From the IMG/VR virus record IMGVR_UViG_3300005611_000102, positions 1 to 34,942 of that record: DNA of 34,942 nucleotides. One strand, 5' to 3'. The position numbers and the translations under genes were made by a program. Every line of letters begins with the position of its first letter. The stretch's first letter is position 1. Shown piece after piece: positions 14,081 to 23,593 of the stretch. The stretch comes from a virus (taxonomy: Duplodnaviria > Caudoviricetes). The notes beneath the pieces were generated by a model. That model was not told where the DNA came from and did no database searches. It saw only the letters and a list, made by a program, of their open reading frames with translations.

Positions 14081-15064
14081 ATGGGTTCAGGTGGAGGCAC
14101 CCCTGGCGGCGGCGCTGGTGACAGAAATCGTGGTGTAGAGCGGGGCAGAACAAAACAGCCTCCTGTAAGTGTTAGCAGGCCAACACCTCCACCTGTTGTG
14201 ACTGGCGGTGGAAGAGGTGATGGCGCTGCTCCAAAGCCTGACTTTGGCGTAGTTAAACGCCAAGTGTCTACTGTTGCGCCAGCGCCGGCACCGAAGCCCG
14301 CGCCGAAAGTAGTGCCAGAAACAGCTGGGCCTAAAGGCTTTACTAGAAAATCTACAGTGCCAACAGCTAAGGTTGGTTTTGGAACTGAAGTTATAGATAC
14401 CGCTGCGGCACAAGCGCAGTTATCTGCTAGGCAGAAAACAATAACAGAAAGCCCACTTGCAAAGATTCCTACTATTGGGGGCGTAGCCGCTAGGATTATG
14501 GGTGAGTCTAATATTGAGCGGCAGAAAAAAGCGCTTCGGGAAGGCGGTGCGGCTGTTGCCGTTCCTGGGACATCTTTTGCGCCACAAGGTCAGCGTTATA
14601 CAGAAGCTCCTGGCATGAGGTCAAGTGCTGAGTTAGCTGGTCAAAGGTTTGCTGTTGGCACTCAAGGCGGCGAAGCTAAGCGAGGCCCATCTGGAAAGAT
14701 TGGTCAAATTAGCGCAACGAAACCTGCGGCTGGTTCTGGGATGGGGTACGTTGGTGACGTTGCTGGTGTTGTTAGAACAACAAACATTATGGGAATCCCC
14801 GTAACAACTTTTTCCGGCAAGTCTGGATACGGTCCAACTGGCGTAAAAGAGAGTAAAACAATAATGGCAGCGGGTGAGCCAGAGCCAGTTCGGGCAGATG
14901 TAACGCCAGAAATCACACCGGAGATTACACCAGAGGTTACAGCGCTTGTTGATGAGACAGTTCTTGGCCGTGGTCGCAGACGTACAAAACGTGCTGGACC
15001 TGCCGGAACTATGGAAGAGGTTGGCGTTTTGGTTCGCGGCGGTAGCCCAAGAGCTACGGTATAG
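14081..15064 (+). CDS. Gly/Pro/Lys-rich low-complexity putative virion protein
   Basis: 327 aa, AGGAG RBS, PAPAPKPAPK and (V/I)TPE repeats, basic C-terminus. Confidence 0.75.
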   Translation: MGSGGGTPGGGAGDRNRGVERGRTKQPPVSVSRPTPPPVVTGGGRGDGAAPKPDFGVVKRQVSTVAPAPAPKPAPKVVPETAGPKGFTRKSTVPTAKVGFGTEVIDTAAAQAQLSARQKTITESPLAKIPTIGGVAARIMGESNIERQKKALREGGAAVAVPGTSFAPQGQRYTEAPGMRSSAELAGQRFAVGTQGGEAKRGPSGKIGQISATKPAAGSGMGYVGDVAGVVRTTNIMGIPVTTFSGKSGYGPTGVKESKTIMAAGEPEPVRADVTPEITPEITPEVTALVDETVLGRGRRRTKRAGPAGTMEEVGVLVRGGSPRATV

Positions 15065-15073
15065 GAGATAGTT

Positions 15074-15286
15074 ATGGGTTCATTATTTAAGGCACCTTCA
15101 ATTCCGGCACCACCTCCACCTCCAGAGCCACCAGCACAAGCTGATTACGAAAGAGCTGCGGCTTTGTCTGAGGAGGCAATGGCTGAAGAGCGCAAACGCC
15201 GCAAGGGGCGGGGCGCTACTATTGTTGCTGGGGCTTTGGGTGAACAGGCCGCGCCTACAGGCGGCACACCAACATTATTGGGGTAA
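15074..15286 (+). CDS. small proline-rich protein preceding portal
   Basis: AGGAG RBS; PPPPP tract; ..TLLG C-terminus. Confidence 0.8.
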   Translation: MGSLFKAPSIPAPPPPPEPPAQADYERAAALSEEAMAEERKRRKGRGATIVAGALGEQAAPTGGTPTLLG

Positions 15287-15289
15287 GAC

Positions 15290-16879
15290 ATGCAAGACAT
15301 AGCTAAAAGCCTGATAAGCCGTGCCAACAGTATTATTGCGCGGCGAGATAACTGGGATACGCATTATCAGGAATTGGCTGATTACATGCTGCCCCGCAAA
15401 GCGGACATTGTTAAGAAGCGCTCACGCGGTGAAAAGCGCATGGAGCTTATCTTTGATGGAACAGCCCTGCAAGCAATCGACTTGTTGTCTGCAAGTTTGC
15501 ACGGGATGTTGACTAGTGGCGCTACGCCTTGGTTCCATTTGGATATGAAAGAAACAGACATTGGCCGTGATGATGATGTGCAGGAGTGGCTGCAAGACAC
15601 ATCAATGCGGATGATTAGGGCGTTTAACCAGTCAAACTTTGAAACAGAAATCCACGAGATGTATGTGGACCTAGTTGTGTTTGGCACTGGCTGTATGTTT
15701 GTGGAGATGGACAACGGTCAGCTACGTTTTAGCACCCGCCACATTTCTGAGTTCTACCTACAGGAAAACCAGTACGGTTTGGTTGATACTGTATTCCGCA
15801 AGTACAAGCAGCCTGCACGTCAAGCAGTACAACGCTTTGGCTTAGAAAATGTAGGTACATTTATTCAGAAGACTTACGATAAAAAGCCTGATGAAGAAGT
15901 CGAGATTATGCACGTTGTGATGCCACGGGCAGAGCGTGATACGTCAAAGCGTGACAACAAGAACATGCCATTTGCCTCATACTACATTTGTATGAACTCA
16001 AGCATGTTGATTTCCGAAGGTGGTTTCCAAGAGTTCCCATACATCGTTCCTAGATTCTTGAAGGCAACAGGGGAGATTATGGGGAGGTCGCCAGCAATGG
16101 TGGCGTTGCCGGACGTTAAGATGCTTAATCTGATGTCTAAGACAATCATTCAAGCTGCTCAGAAACAAATAGACCCTCCCTTGCTTGTTCCTGATGACGG
16201 GTTTCTTCTCCCAATCCGCACACAGCCTGGTGGCCTCAATTTTTATCGTGCCGGTTCACGCGACACAATTACGCCATTAAACACTGGCGCTAACATTCCG
16301 ATTGGCTTGAGCATGGAGGACCAGCGGCGGCAAGCAATTCGGTCTGCGTTTTATGTTGACCAGTTGCTTGTTGGCGGTGCGCCAAACATGACAGCGACAG
16401 AGGTTGTTCAAAGGCAGGAAGAGCGCATGAGGGTGATTGGCCCTGTTCTTGGCAGGCTGATGAATGAAATGTTGCGTCCATTAATTGACCGTGTGTTTGC
16501 GCTGATGTTGCGTGAAGAGATGCTGTCTATCCCGCCTGAGATTTTGCAAGGCCGTGATATTGACATTGAGTATGTCTCCCCGCTTGCAAGAGCGCAAAAG
16601 TCCAGCAGCCTAAACAGCACAATGCAGGCGCTGGAAATCCTGCTGCCATTGGCGCAGGCGTTGCCGGTAACTGACCACCTTGACCCTGACGGTTTGGTGG
16701 AGCATGTTACTGATTCTCTTGGTGTTCCTAAGACGACACTGCGCTCTAGCCGTGAGGTTGCGCAAATGCGTCGGGAGCGTGCCGCCGCTGAACAGCAAAT
16801 GATGCAGCGCCAGCAAGACCAAGAGGATGTATATACGGCAGCGCAAGCAGCTCAGGCAGTTAGGATGGTGGGGCAGTGA
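15290..16879 (+). CDS. portal (head-tail connector), T7 gp8-like
   Basis: 529 aa; DLVVFGTG, YG/MGRSPA, MTATEV..R..E, IEYVSPLA motifs. Confidence 0.92.
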   Translation: MQDIAKSLISRANSIIARRDNWDTHYQELADYMLPRKADIVKKRSRGEKRMELIFDGTALQAIDLLSASLHGMLTSGATPWFHLDMKETDIGRDDDVQEWLQDTSMRMIRAFNQSNFETEIHEMYVDLVVFGTGCMFVEMDNGQLRFSTRHISEFYLQENQYGLVDTVFRKYKQPARQAVQRFGLENVGTFIQKTYDKKPDEEVEIMHVVMPRAERDTSKRDNKNMPFASYYICMNSSMLISEGGFQEFPYIVPRFLKATGEIMGRSPAMVALPDVKMLNLMSKTIIQAAQKQIDPPLLVPDDGFLLPIRTQPGGLNFYRAGSRDTITPLNTGANIPIGLSMEDQRRQAIRSAFYVDQLLVGGAPNMTATEVVQRQEERMRVIGPVLGRLMNEMLRPLIDRVFALMLREEMLSIPPEILQGRDIDIEYVSPLARAQKSSSLNSTMQALEILLPLAQALPVTDHLDPDGLVEHVTDSLGVPKTTLRSSREVAQMRRERAAAEQQMMQRQQDQEDVYTAAQAAQAVRMVGQ

Positions 16880-17076
16880 GAGAGCTAGAACAACTCAAAC
16901 ATATGTATAAAACAACCTTCGATAGCGAAAGCGGTCAGAAGGTGTTGCGAGACCTTGAGGGGCGCACAAACTGGCGTGCCTTGAGTTATGTGGCAGGCGA
17001 TGCCAATGCCACAGCCTTCGAGGAAGGAAAACGTGCTGTTATCCTTCACATTCACAACATGCTCACAGAGGAGTAA
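16876..17076 (+). CDS. small conserved podovirus protein following portal (Bbp19-like)
   Basis: F.S..GQKVL.DL...AF.EGKRAV motif. Confidence 0.75.
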   Translation: MRELEQLKHMYKTTFDSESGQKVLRDLEGRTNWRALSYVAGDANATAFEEGKRAVILHIHNMLTEE

Positions 17077-17078
17077 TT

Positions 17079-17915
17079 ATGTCAGAGGAAGCTATCGAAC
17101 AGGTAGCCCAGCCTGAAGCTGTGCTGGAAACACCAGCAGAAGTAGCGCAAGGCGGGTCTGGTAACGATTTCTTGCAAATGATACCAGAGGAGTTGCGGGA
17201 GCATCCCAGCATCTCACCTATCAAAGACGTAGAAAACTTGGCGCGGTCATATGTAAATGCCCAGCGTCTTATCGGAGCGGACAAAATTCCAATGCCGCAC
17301 AATCCTACAGACGAGGATTTGGACCGGATTTATTCGAGGCTTGGGCGGCCAGAGTCGCCTGACCAATACCAGTTTTCTGTAGATGGAAACATCGTGACAG
17401 AAGAGGTTGCACAACAATACGCAGACATTGCACATCAACTGCGGCTAACACCAGAACAAGCCAGTGGTGTGCTTGATTACTACAAGAGTGTCGTTGAGAA
17501 CACAGGTGTTGCAAATATGCAACAGGTTGAAGCTCAACGTGCGCAAGCAGAAGAAGCGTTACGGCAAGAGTGGGGCAACAACTATGATGCCATCGTCACC
17601 CGTGCCGCAAAAACTGCGCAAGAGTTTGCCGACCCAGAGGTGTTTGACCTGGACTTGGCTGACGGAACGAAACTTGGCAACAACCCTGAATTTATAAAAG
17701 CATTTGCAAAAATTGCAGAATTTAGGCAGAGTGTGACAAGTGAAGACACAGTTTCTGAGCCATCCCAAACGTCTTACATGACACGGGAACAGGCACAGGC
17801 TGAAGCCAACGCAATTATGATGTCTCCGGTCTACACGGATAAATCAAACATTGTGGCACGGCAACAGGCTGTAGAGCGTGTCCAAGAGCTTTATAGGTTC
17901 ATTCATGGAGAATGA
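17079..17915 (+). CDS. capsid scaffolding protein
   Basis: Acidic, helical; LGRPE.P..Y, L..EWG..YD, LGNNP; lies between portal and capsid. Confidence 0.8.
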   Translation: MSEEAIEQVAQPEAVLETPAEVAQGGSGNDFLQMIPEELREHPSISPIKDVENLARSYVNAQRLIGADKIPMPHNPTDEDLDRIYSRLGRPESPDQYQFSVDGNIVTEEVAQQYADIAHQLRLTPEQASGVLDYYKSVVENTGVANMQQVEAQRAQAEEALRQEWGNNYDAIVTRAAKTAQEFADPEVFDLDLADGTKLGNNPEFIKAFAKIAEFRQSVTSEDTVSEPSQTSYMTREQAQAEANAIMMSPVYTDKSNIVARQQAVERVQELYRFIHGE

Positions 17916-18129
17916 TGTAGATATTCGCCTTGAGTGCCTAAGACTAGCGGTTGAGTTTGGAACTCAGCGTGATGTCGTGAATCCGGCCCATCTTGCAGAT
18001 TCTTACTACAAGTGGGTCACACAGGGTAGCGAGTCATCTCGTCCTGTTGGCAGTCGGGAAGACGACAGCCCCAAAAGGGCTAATAAAGCTAGGGGTGTCC
18101 GCAAGGGTAGCACACCGCAACTCGTGTAA
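17905..18129 (+). CDS. hypothetical protein
   Basis: IRLECLRLAVE motif; overlaps scaffold stop. Confidence 0.65.
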   Translation: MENDVDIRLECLRLAVEFGTQRDVVNPAHLADSYYKWVTQGSESSRPVGSREDDSPKRANKARGVRKGSTPQLV

Positions 18130-18156
18130 ATGTAACCGTGAAAAAGGAGGACAGAA

Positions 18157-19050
18157 ATGTCCAATCAAGTAACCACGGCATTTGTACAACAGTACTCTGC
18201 AAATGTGCAGATGCTTGCACAGCAGATGGGTTCCCGTCTGCGTGATGCGGTGCGCATTGAGAATATTGTTGGTAAAAATGCCTTCATCGACCAAGTTGGT
18301 GTAGCTACGGCGCAGCTTCGCTCGTCACGCCACGCTGACACTCCACAGATGGACACGCCACATGCACGGCGCCGTTTGTCTCTGGCTTCATATGAGTATG
18401 CAGACCTGATTGACGACCAAGACAAGGTTCGTATGCTTATCGACCCAACCTCATCCTACGCAATGGCCGCAGCAGCAGCTATGGGCCGCGCAATGGATGA
18501 TGTCATCATCACTGCTTTTGATGCAGCAGCAAGCACAGGTGAGACAGGTTCAACCAGCACATCTTTCGACACTAATCAGGACGTTGCCGTTTCTGTTGGT
18601 GGTGCTGACACTAACATGAACCTGACAAAGCTGCGTGAAGCTAAGAAGCTGCTTGACGAAGCTGATGTTGACCCATCAATCCCACGTTACATCGTTGTAG
18701 GCCCAAGCCAGATTCATGCGCTTTTGGCTGACACCAGCGTTACTTCAGCGGACTTCAACACCGTGAAGGCTCTGGTACAGGGTGAAATCAACGAGTTCAT
18801 GGGCTTCAACTTCATCATGTCTAACCGTCTTTCTGTAGACGCCAGCAATGTCCGCACATGCTTTGCATGGGCACAAGAGGGCATGGCTCTGGGTGTCGGC
18901 AAAGATGTTTCTGCAAGAATTGATGAGCGTGCTGACAAAGGCTACGCGACTCAGGTCTACTACTGCATGGACATCGGTGCTACCCGTATGCAGGAAAACA
19001 TGGTTGTTCGCATCAAGTGCGATGAAGACGACCTTGACGGCTCAGCTTAA
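18157..19050 (+). CDS. major capsid protein
   Basis: AAGGAGG RBS; AFVQQY, QQ.GSRLR, SADF..VKALV.GE...FMGF.F; strongly biased codon usage. Confidence 0.9.
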   Translation: MSNQVTTAFVQQYSANVQMLAQQMGSRLRDAVRIENIVGKNAFIDQVGVATAQLRSSRHADTPQMDTPHARRRLSLASYEYADLIDDQDKVRMLIDPTSSYAMAAAAAMGRAMDDVIITAFDAAASTGETGSTSTSFDTNQDVAVSVGGADTNMNLTKLREAKKLLDEADVDPSIPRYIVVGPSQIHALLADTSVTSADFNTVKALVQGEINEFMGFNFIMSNRLSVDASNVRTCFAWAQEGMALGVGKDVSARIDERADKGYATQVYYCMDIGATRMQENMVVRIKCDEDDLDGSA

Positions 19051-19066
19051 AGAAAGGGATTGAGAG

Positions 19067-19546
19067 ATGACAACAAAGAACTCTGACCTCATTGCCAATC
19101 TTGAGGCACTTCCACAAGTCGCTAACCCAGCTTCTGAGCTTGGCGGTCGTATCCGCGTGGCACAGGGCAACGTGGCTCTGGCGGCTGGTGACAGCACCGA
19201 TGACGACATCGTAATGCTGGCACCTGTTCCAACAAACGCAACTCTTGTTTCAGTTCGTGTTGGCTCAGATAACCTTGGCGGCACATGCACATACAATGTC
19301 GGATTCTATACGAATGACGGCGTTGTTGTGGATGAGGACGCTCTGGCTACTGACGTTGCCGATGCTGCTGGCGTAGCGGAACTCCGTTACGAAGTGGCTG
19401 ACCTCAACACAACTGGTCAACAGGTTTGGGAACTGGCAGGCCAGTCTTCAGACCCAAGTGATGTGTACTATGTAGCGGCCACCTTCAGTGCAACTGGCGG
19501 TTCGGCTGGCGACATGGCGTTCATCATTGAGTACGTTGTGGACTAA
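19067..19546 (+). CDS. putative capsid decoration / minor structural protein
   Basis: Acidic, beta-rich 159 aa, between the capsid gene and the terminator. Confidence 0.7.
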   Translation: MTTKNSDLIANLEALPQVANPASELGGRIRVAQGNVALAAGDSTDDDIVMLAPVPTNATLVSVRVGSDNLGGTCTYNVGFYTNDGVVVDEDALATDVADAAGVAELRYEVADLNTTGQQVWELAGQSSDPSDVYYVAATFSATGGSAGDMAFIIEYVVD

Positions 19547-19550
19547 CATT

Positions 19551-19580
19551 GAGGGGGCGGGAAACCGCCCCTTCTTTCCT
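19551..19580 (+). terminator. rho-independent terminator after capsid genes
   Basis: GAGGGGGCGG-GAAA-CCGCCCCTTC followed by TTTCCT. Confidence 0.75.
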
Positions 19581-19591
19581 TGGAGGGAAGG

Positions 19592-19957
19592 ATGGAACAA
19601 AACAGCGATTTTCGCTGGGATTTGAAGGTTGGCCAGCTACACGAAAAATGGTTAGGCGAACTTTTAGAAAACGTACCCATAGAGGTGAAACGTGATTTTA
19701 GAGCTTCACAGACAGGTAATGTGTTTGTGGAGTTTTTTAGTAGGGGAAAGGCATCAGGTATAGCGACTAGCGAAGCATTGTACTGGGCGTTTATACTTGG
19801 AGAACAAACTGTGGTATTATTGCCCACAGACAAGCTAAAGACGCTGGCTAGGCAGGCGCATAAGAACGGCCATATAGTAAATGGCGGGGATGCAAATACA
19901 AGTCGAGGCGTATTGATAAGTGTAGAGAGGTTGGTACGAGATGCCATCAGTAGTTGA
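19592..19957 (+). CDS. PD-(D/E)XK-like nuclease
   Basis: G...E, IEVKRD, TGNVFVE, SGI.TS.A.YW; GGAGG RBS. Confidence 0.65.
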   Translation: MEQNSDFRWDLKVGQLHEKWLGELLENVPIEVKRDFRASQTGNVFVEFFSRGKASGIATSEALYWAFILGEQTVVLLPTDKLKTLARQAHKNGHIVNGGDANTSRGVLISVERLVRDAISS

Positions 19958-20537
19958 TATTTGTAACGAGGCGATGGACCTTTTGGGTGCGGCTACTATC
20001 ACCTCACTAACAGAAAACTCAAAAGAAGCCAGACTGTGTAACCGCCGGTATGAGACGGTGCGTGACGCAGTGTTGCGTGCGCATCCTTGGAACTCAGCAA
20101 TTACACGCACAACACTGCCGCAAGATTCTGATGCTCCGGCGTTTGGCTTTACCTATCAATATACACTTCCGACCAATCCGTACTGCTTGCGTGTGCTGTC
20201 ATTCTGGAACAGTAATGTGGATAGCGAAATTGCGGCGTATGATAGTCAGGTTATGTACAAGATTGAGGGCCGGAAGATTTTGAGCAACGAAGGCACATGC
20301 AAGATTACCTATGTTGCCCGTGTTACTGACACAGAACAGTTCGACCCATTGCTTTCCAACACGATTGCACATCGTTTGGCATCAGAAACAGCTTACGCTA
20401 TTACCGGCAGTAATAGTGTAGCGCAACAAATGTTCCAGCTTTATGAGAACAGATTGCGTGAAGCTAGGTCTATGGATGCTATGGAAGGTATGCCTGATAA
20501 GATTATCTCGGACGATTACATCAACATAAGGTTCTAA
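19941..20537 (+). CDS. tail tubular protein A (adaptor), T7 gp11-like
   Basis: ICN.A..LLG...I, R..VLR.HPWN.A, Y.LP...LRV. Confidence 0.85.
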   Translation: MPSVVDICNEAMDLLGAATITSLTENSKEARLCNRRYETVRDAVLRAHPWNSAITRTTLPQDSDAPAFGFTYQYTLPTNPYCLRVLSFWNSNVDSEIAAYDSQVMYKIEGRKILSNEGTCKITYVARVTDTEQFDPLLSNTIAHRLASETAYAITGSNSVAQQMFQLYENRLREARSMDAMEGMPDKIISDDYINIRF

Positions 20538-20538
20538 G

Positions 20539-23178
20539 ATGGCGCGAGTATCCACCATTGTTACCAACTTCCGCGCTGGGGAACTGTCACCGCGTTTGGA
20601 AGGCCGCATTGACTTGCAAAAGTACAATGAAGGCGCTCAGACTTTGACTAATATGCTGGTGTTTCCGCAAGGCGGCACAACACGCAGGCCTGGCACCAAG
20701 TTTGCTGGCCGGTCAAAAGATGGTGGCAAAGTTCGGCTGATTAACTTTGAGTACAGTGACGAGCAAGCATATGTGCTTGAGTTCGGCGCTAACTATATCC
20801 GTTTCTTCAAAGACGGTGGCATCCTCACAGAAGCTACAATAGCTATTTCAGCTATTACGCAAGCAAACCCAGCGGTTGTAACGGCAACAAGCCACGGCCT
20901 GTCTAATGGCGACAGGGTGTTTATTACTGGCGTTGGTGGAATGACAGAGGTGAATAACCTTGAGTTCACTGTGGCAGGAGCAACAACAAATACGTTTGAG
21001 CTATCGGGCATAGATAGCAGCGCTTATGAAGCGTACACATCTGGTGGCACAGTAGGCAAAATAGTCGAAGTAGCTACTTCTTACAGCGTAACAGACATCT
21101 TTGAAATTAATCACGCTCAGTCTGCTGATGTTTTGTACTTGGCGCATAAGGACCACGAGCCAGCCAAGTTGACCAGAACAACGGCAACGAGCTTCACGCT
21201 CACCGACATTGATTTTGTCGATGGGCCATATCTTGATGAAAACATAACAGAGACAAAACTAGAGCTTTCGTCATCAGCACCTGGCACTGGTGTCATAATG
21301 ACATCAACAAGTGACTACTTTGTAGCTGACCACGTTGGGGCATTGTTCCGGTTTAGAAAGCTTGTTGAAATCAATCACGAGGCTTGGGCCGCTGGCGAAA
21401 CCTATGCTAACGGTGATAATGTTTATTATAATGATAATGTTTATAAGAACGTAACAGGTTCATCGACAACAACAGGCAATACACCACCTGTGCATCTTGA
21501 AGGCACTGAGTCGTATCACGACAGCACGACAGGTTTTACACAGTGGGAGTTTCAGCATAATGGAAGTGGTTACGTTAAAGTCACTGGCGTTACATCTGGA
21601 TATATCGCTACTGTAGAAGTAGTCGAAAGAGTATCGGACAACCACGTTGCAGACCTGACCGCAACGATAACGAACATCACCCAAGCAAATCCGGCAGTTG
21701 TAACAGCATCTTCGCATGGCTTTACTAACGGCGAAAAGATTATCATTAGAAATGTTGTTGGCATGACAGAGGTCAATAACCTTGTATTTACCGTTGCTGG
21801 CGCAACTACCAACACATTTCAACTTTCTGGCATCAACTCTACAAGCTACACAGCGTACACGAGTGGTGGCAGTGCTGGGCTGTCAGCAGGCGTAAAAACG
21901 TGGTCAGAGGGAGCGTTTAGCGTAAAGAACGGTTATCCAAGAGCAGTTGCTTTTTATGAGGAACGCTTGTATTTCGCAGCGACGCCTAATCAGCCACAAA
22001 CAATTTATGGCTCTGTGACAGCAGATTTTGAGAATCACAAGCCTGGCACAGAAGATGATGCAGCGGTAAATATTACGATTGCTTCTGACAAAGTGAATGT
22101 CATTAAGCACTTGTTGCCAGCTCGTTTCTTGCAAATCTTGACTACCAGCTCTGAGTTCACGCTATCTGGCGGTACTGGAACAACGCCGGTTACGCCAACC
22201 AACGTCAATGTTTTGCGTGAAACAACATTTGGCTCATCAGATGTGCGTCCATTACGAGCAGGAAACAGCACAATATTAATTCAAAAAGGACAGGAAAAGG
22301 TTAAGGAAATTACCTTTGACTTAGATACTGATGGCTTGCTGGGTGTTGATTTGTCCATCTTGGCAGACCATTTGCCACGCGGCGGTCTGACCGACATGGT
22401 TTGGCAGCAAGAGCCAGAGCTTATCCTTTGGTTTGTGCATACAGATGGCGGCTTGATTGGCCTGACATATGACCGCGCTAATGGTGCTATTGGCTGGCAT
22501 GACCACGATTTAGGTGGCACTGGTATAGTTGAAAGCATTACGTCCATTCCTAGTGGCGCAGAGGACCAAGTTTATGCGTCTGTACAGCGCACTATTAATG
22601 GTGGCACTGTCCGGCACATCGAGTATCTGACTACGATTGATTTCGGTGATGACGTTACTGATGCGTTTTATGTAGATAGCGGCCTGACATATGACGGCAG
22701 CGCGACCACCACAATTAGCGGCCTGAACCACCTTGAGGGGGAGACAGTCACTATCTTGGCTGATGGCGCAGCACATGCTGACAAAGTGGTAAGCGGTGGC
22801 CGTGTCACACTGGACCGCAGTGCTTCAAAGGTACATGTAGGTTATGGATACACATCTATCGTTGAGACACTGCGCCTAGAGGCTGGTGCGGATGATGGTA
22901 TTGCTCAAGGCAAGATAAAGCGTATCCACGGGGTTACAGCGCGGTTTTATAACTCAGTGGGTGCAGAGATTGGCCCTGACACAAACAACTTGGACCGATT
23001 ACCCTTCCGTGACAGTAGCATGTCTATGGATGAGGCAGTGCCATTGTACAACGGGGACAAAGAGATATTCTTTCCATCGGGGTATGATAATGATGCCAGA
23101 GTGGTTATCAGGCAAAACCAGCCATTGCCTATGACTATTTTGGCTATTATGCGGAGGTCAAATACATTCGATGCTTAG
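20539..23178 (+). CDS. tail tubular protein B (nozzle), T7 gp12-like, with two inserted repeat domains
   Basis: NF..GELSP.L.GR.D, GG..RRPG, YP..V.F...RL.F; 879 aa. Confidence 0.88.
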   Translation: MARVSTIVTNFRAGELSPRLEGRIDLQKYNEGAQTLTNMLVFPQGGTTRRPGTKFAGRSKDGGKVRLINFEYSDEQAYVLEFGANYIRFFKDGGILTEATIAISAITQANPAVVTATSHGLSNGDRVFITGVGGMTEVNNLEFTVAGATTNTFELSGIDSSAYEAYTSGGTVGKIVEVATSYSVTDIFEINHAQSADVLYLAHKDHEPAKLTRTTATSFTLTDIDFVDGPYLDENITETKLELSSSAPGTGVIMTSTSDYFVADHVGALFRFRKLVEINHEAWAAGETYANGDNVYYNDNVYKNVTGSSTTTGNTPPVHLEGTESYHDSTTGFTQWEFQHNGSGYVKVTGVTSGYIATVEVVERVSDNHVADLTATITNITQANPAVVTASSHGFTNGEKIIIRNVVGMTEVNNLVFTVAGATTNTFQLSGINSTSYTAYTSGGSAGLSAGVKTWSEGAFSVKNGYPRAVAFYEERLYFAATPNQPQTIYGSVTADFENHKPGTEDDAAVNITIASDKVNVIKHLLPARFLQILTTSSEFTLSGGTGTTPVTPTNVNVLRETTFGSSDVRPLRAGNSTILIQKGQEKVKEITFDLDTDGLLGVDLSILADHLPRGGLTDMVWQQEPELILWFVHTDGGLIGLTYDRANGAIGWHDHDLGGTGIVESITSIPSGAEDQVYASVQRTINGGTVRHIEYLTTIDFGDDVTDAFYVDSGLTYDGSATTTISGLNHLEGETVTILADGAAHADKVVSGGRVTLDRSASKVHVGYGYTSIVETLRLEAGADDGIAQGKIKRIHGVTARFYNSVGAEIGPDTNNLDRLPFRDSSMSMDEAVPLYNGDKEIFFPSGYDNDARVVIRQNQPLPMTILAIMRRSNTFDA
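20854..21870 (+). repeat. two copies of a 65-aa domain in the nozzle (20854-21048 and 21676-21870)
   Basis: ITQANPAVVTA.SHG..NG....I..V.GMTEVNNL.FTVAGATTNTF.LSGI.S..Y.AYTSGG occurs twice. Confidence 0.9.
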
Positions 23179-23593
23179 TGTTACATATTTCCAAAAAGGC
23201 GATATAGACGAGATTGAATTAAACTACGAAATGTCACCGGCAGAGCGTGCCAGCTTTGAGAACTATAGAAACATTGTAGGATTTACAGCCCGTAAAGATA
23301 GCAAGATTGTGATGATGGGCGGTGCGCATGTTATGTGGCAGGGTGTCGGTGAGGGTTGGCTGATTATGTCTAAATATGGCTATGACATACCAAAGACCGT
23401 TGCTAGATATGCGGATGAGTTCTTTGATGTTATTATGACCGAAGCAAATCTTCAGCGTGTGCAGGCAAGTGTCAATGCTTTGGACCCGCGCTCAGTTAGA
23501 TTTGCACGTTGGTTGGGATTTGAGAATGAGGGGCTAATGCGTAAGTACGGTCCTGATGGAACAGATTATTATAGAATGGCGAGAGTAGCGTAA
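23171..23593 (+). CDS. GNAT acetyltransferase-like protein (T7 gp13 position)
   Basis: W.GVGEGW, RVQA.V, RFARWLGFENEG.MRKYG.DG.DY. Confidence 0.75.
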   Translation: MLSVTYFQKGDIDEIELNYEMSPAERASFENYRNIVGFTARKDSKIVMMGGAHVMWQGVGEGWLIMSKYGYDIPKTVARYADEFFDVIMTEANLQRVQASVNALDPRSVRFARWLGFENEGLMRKYGPDGTDYYRMARVA

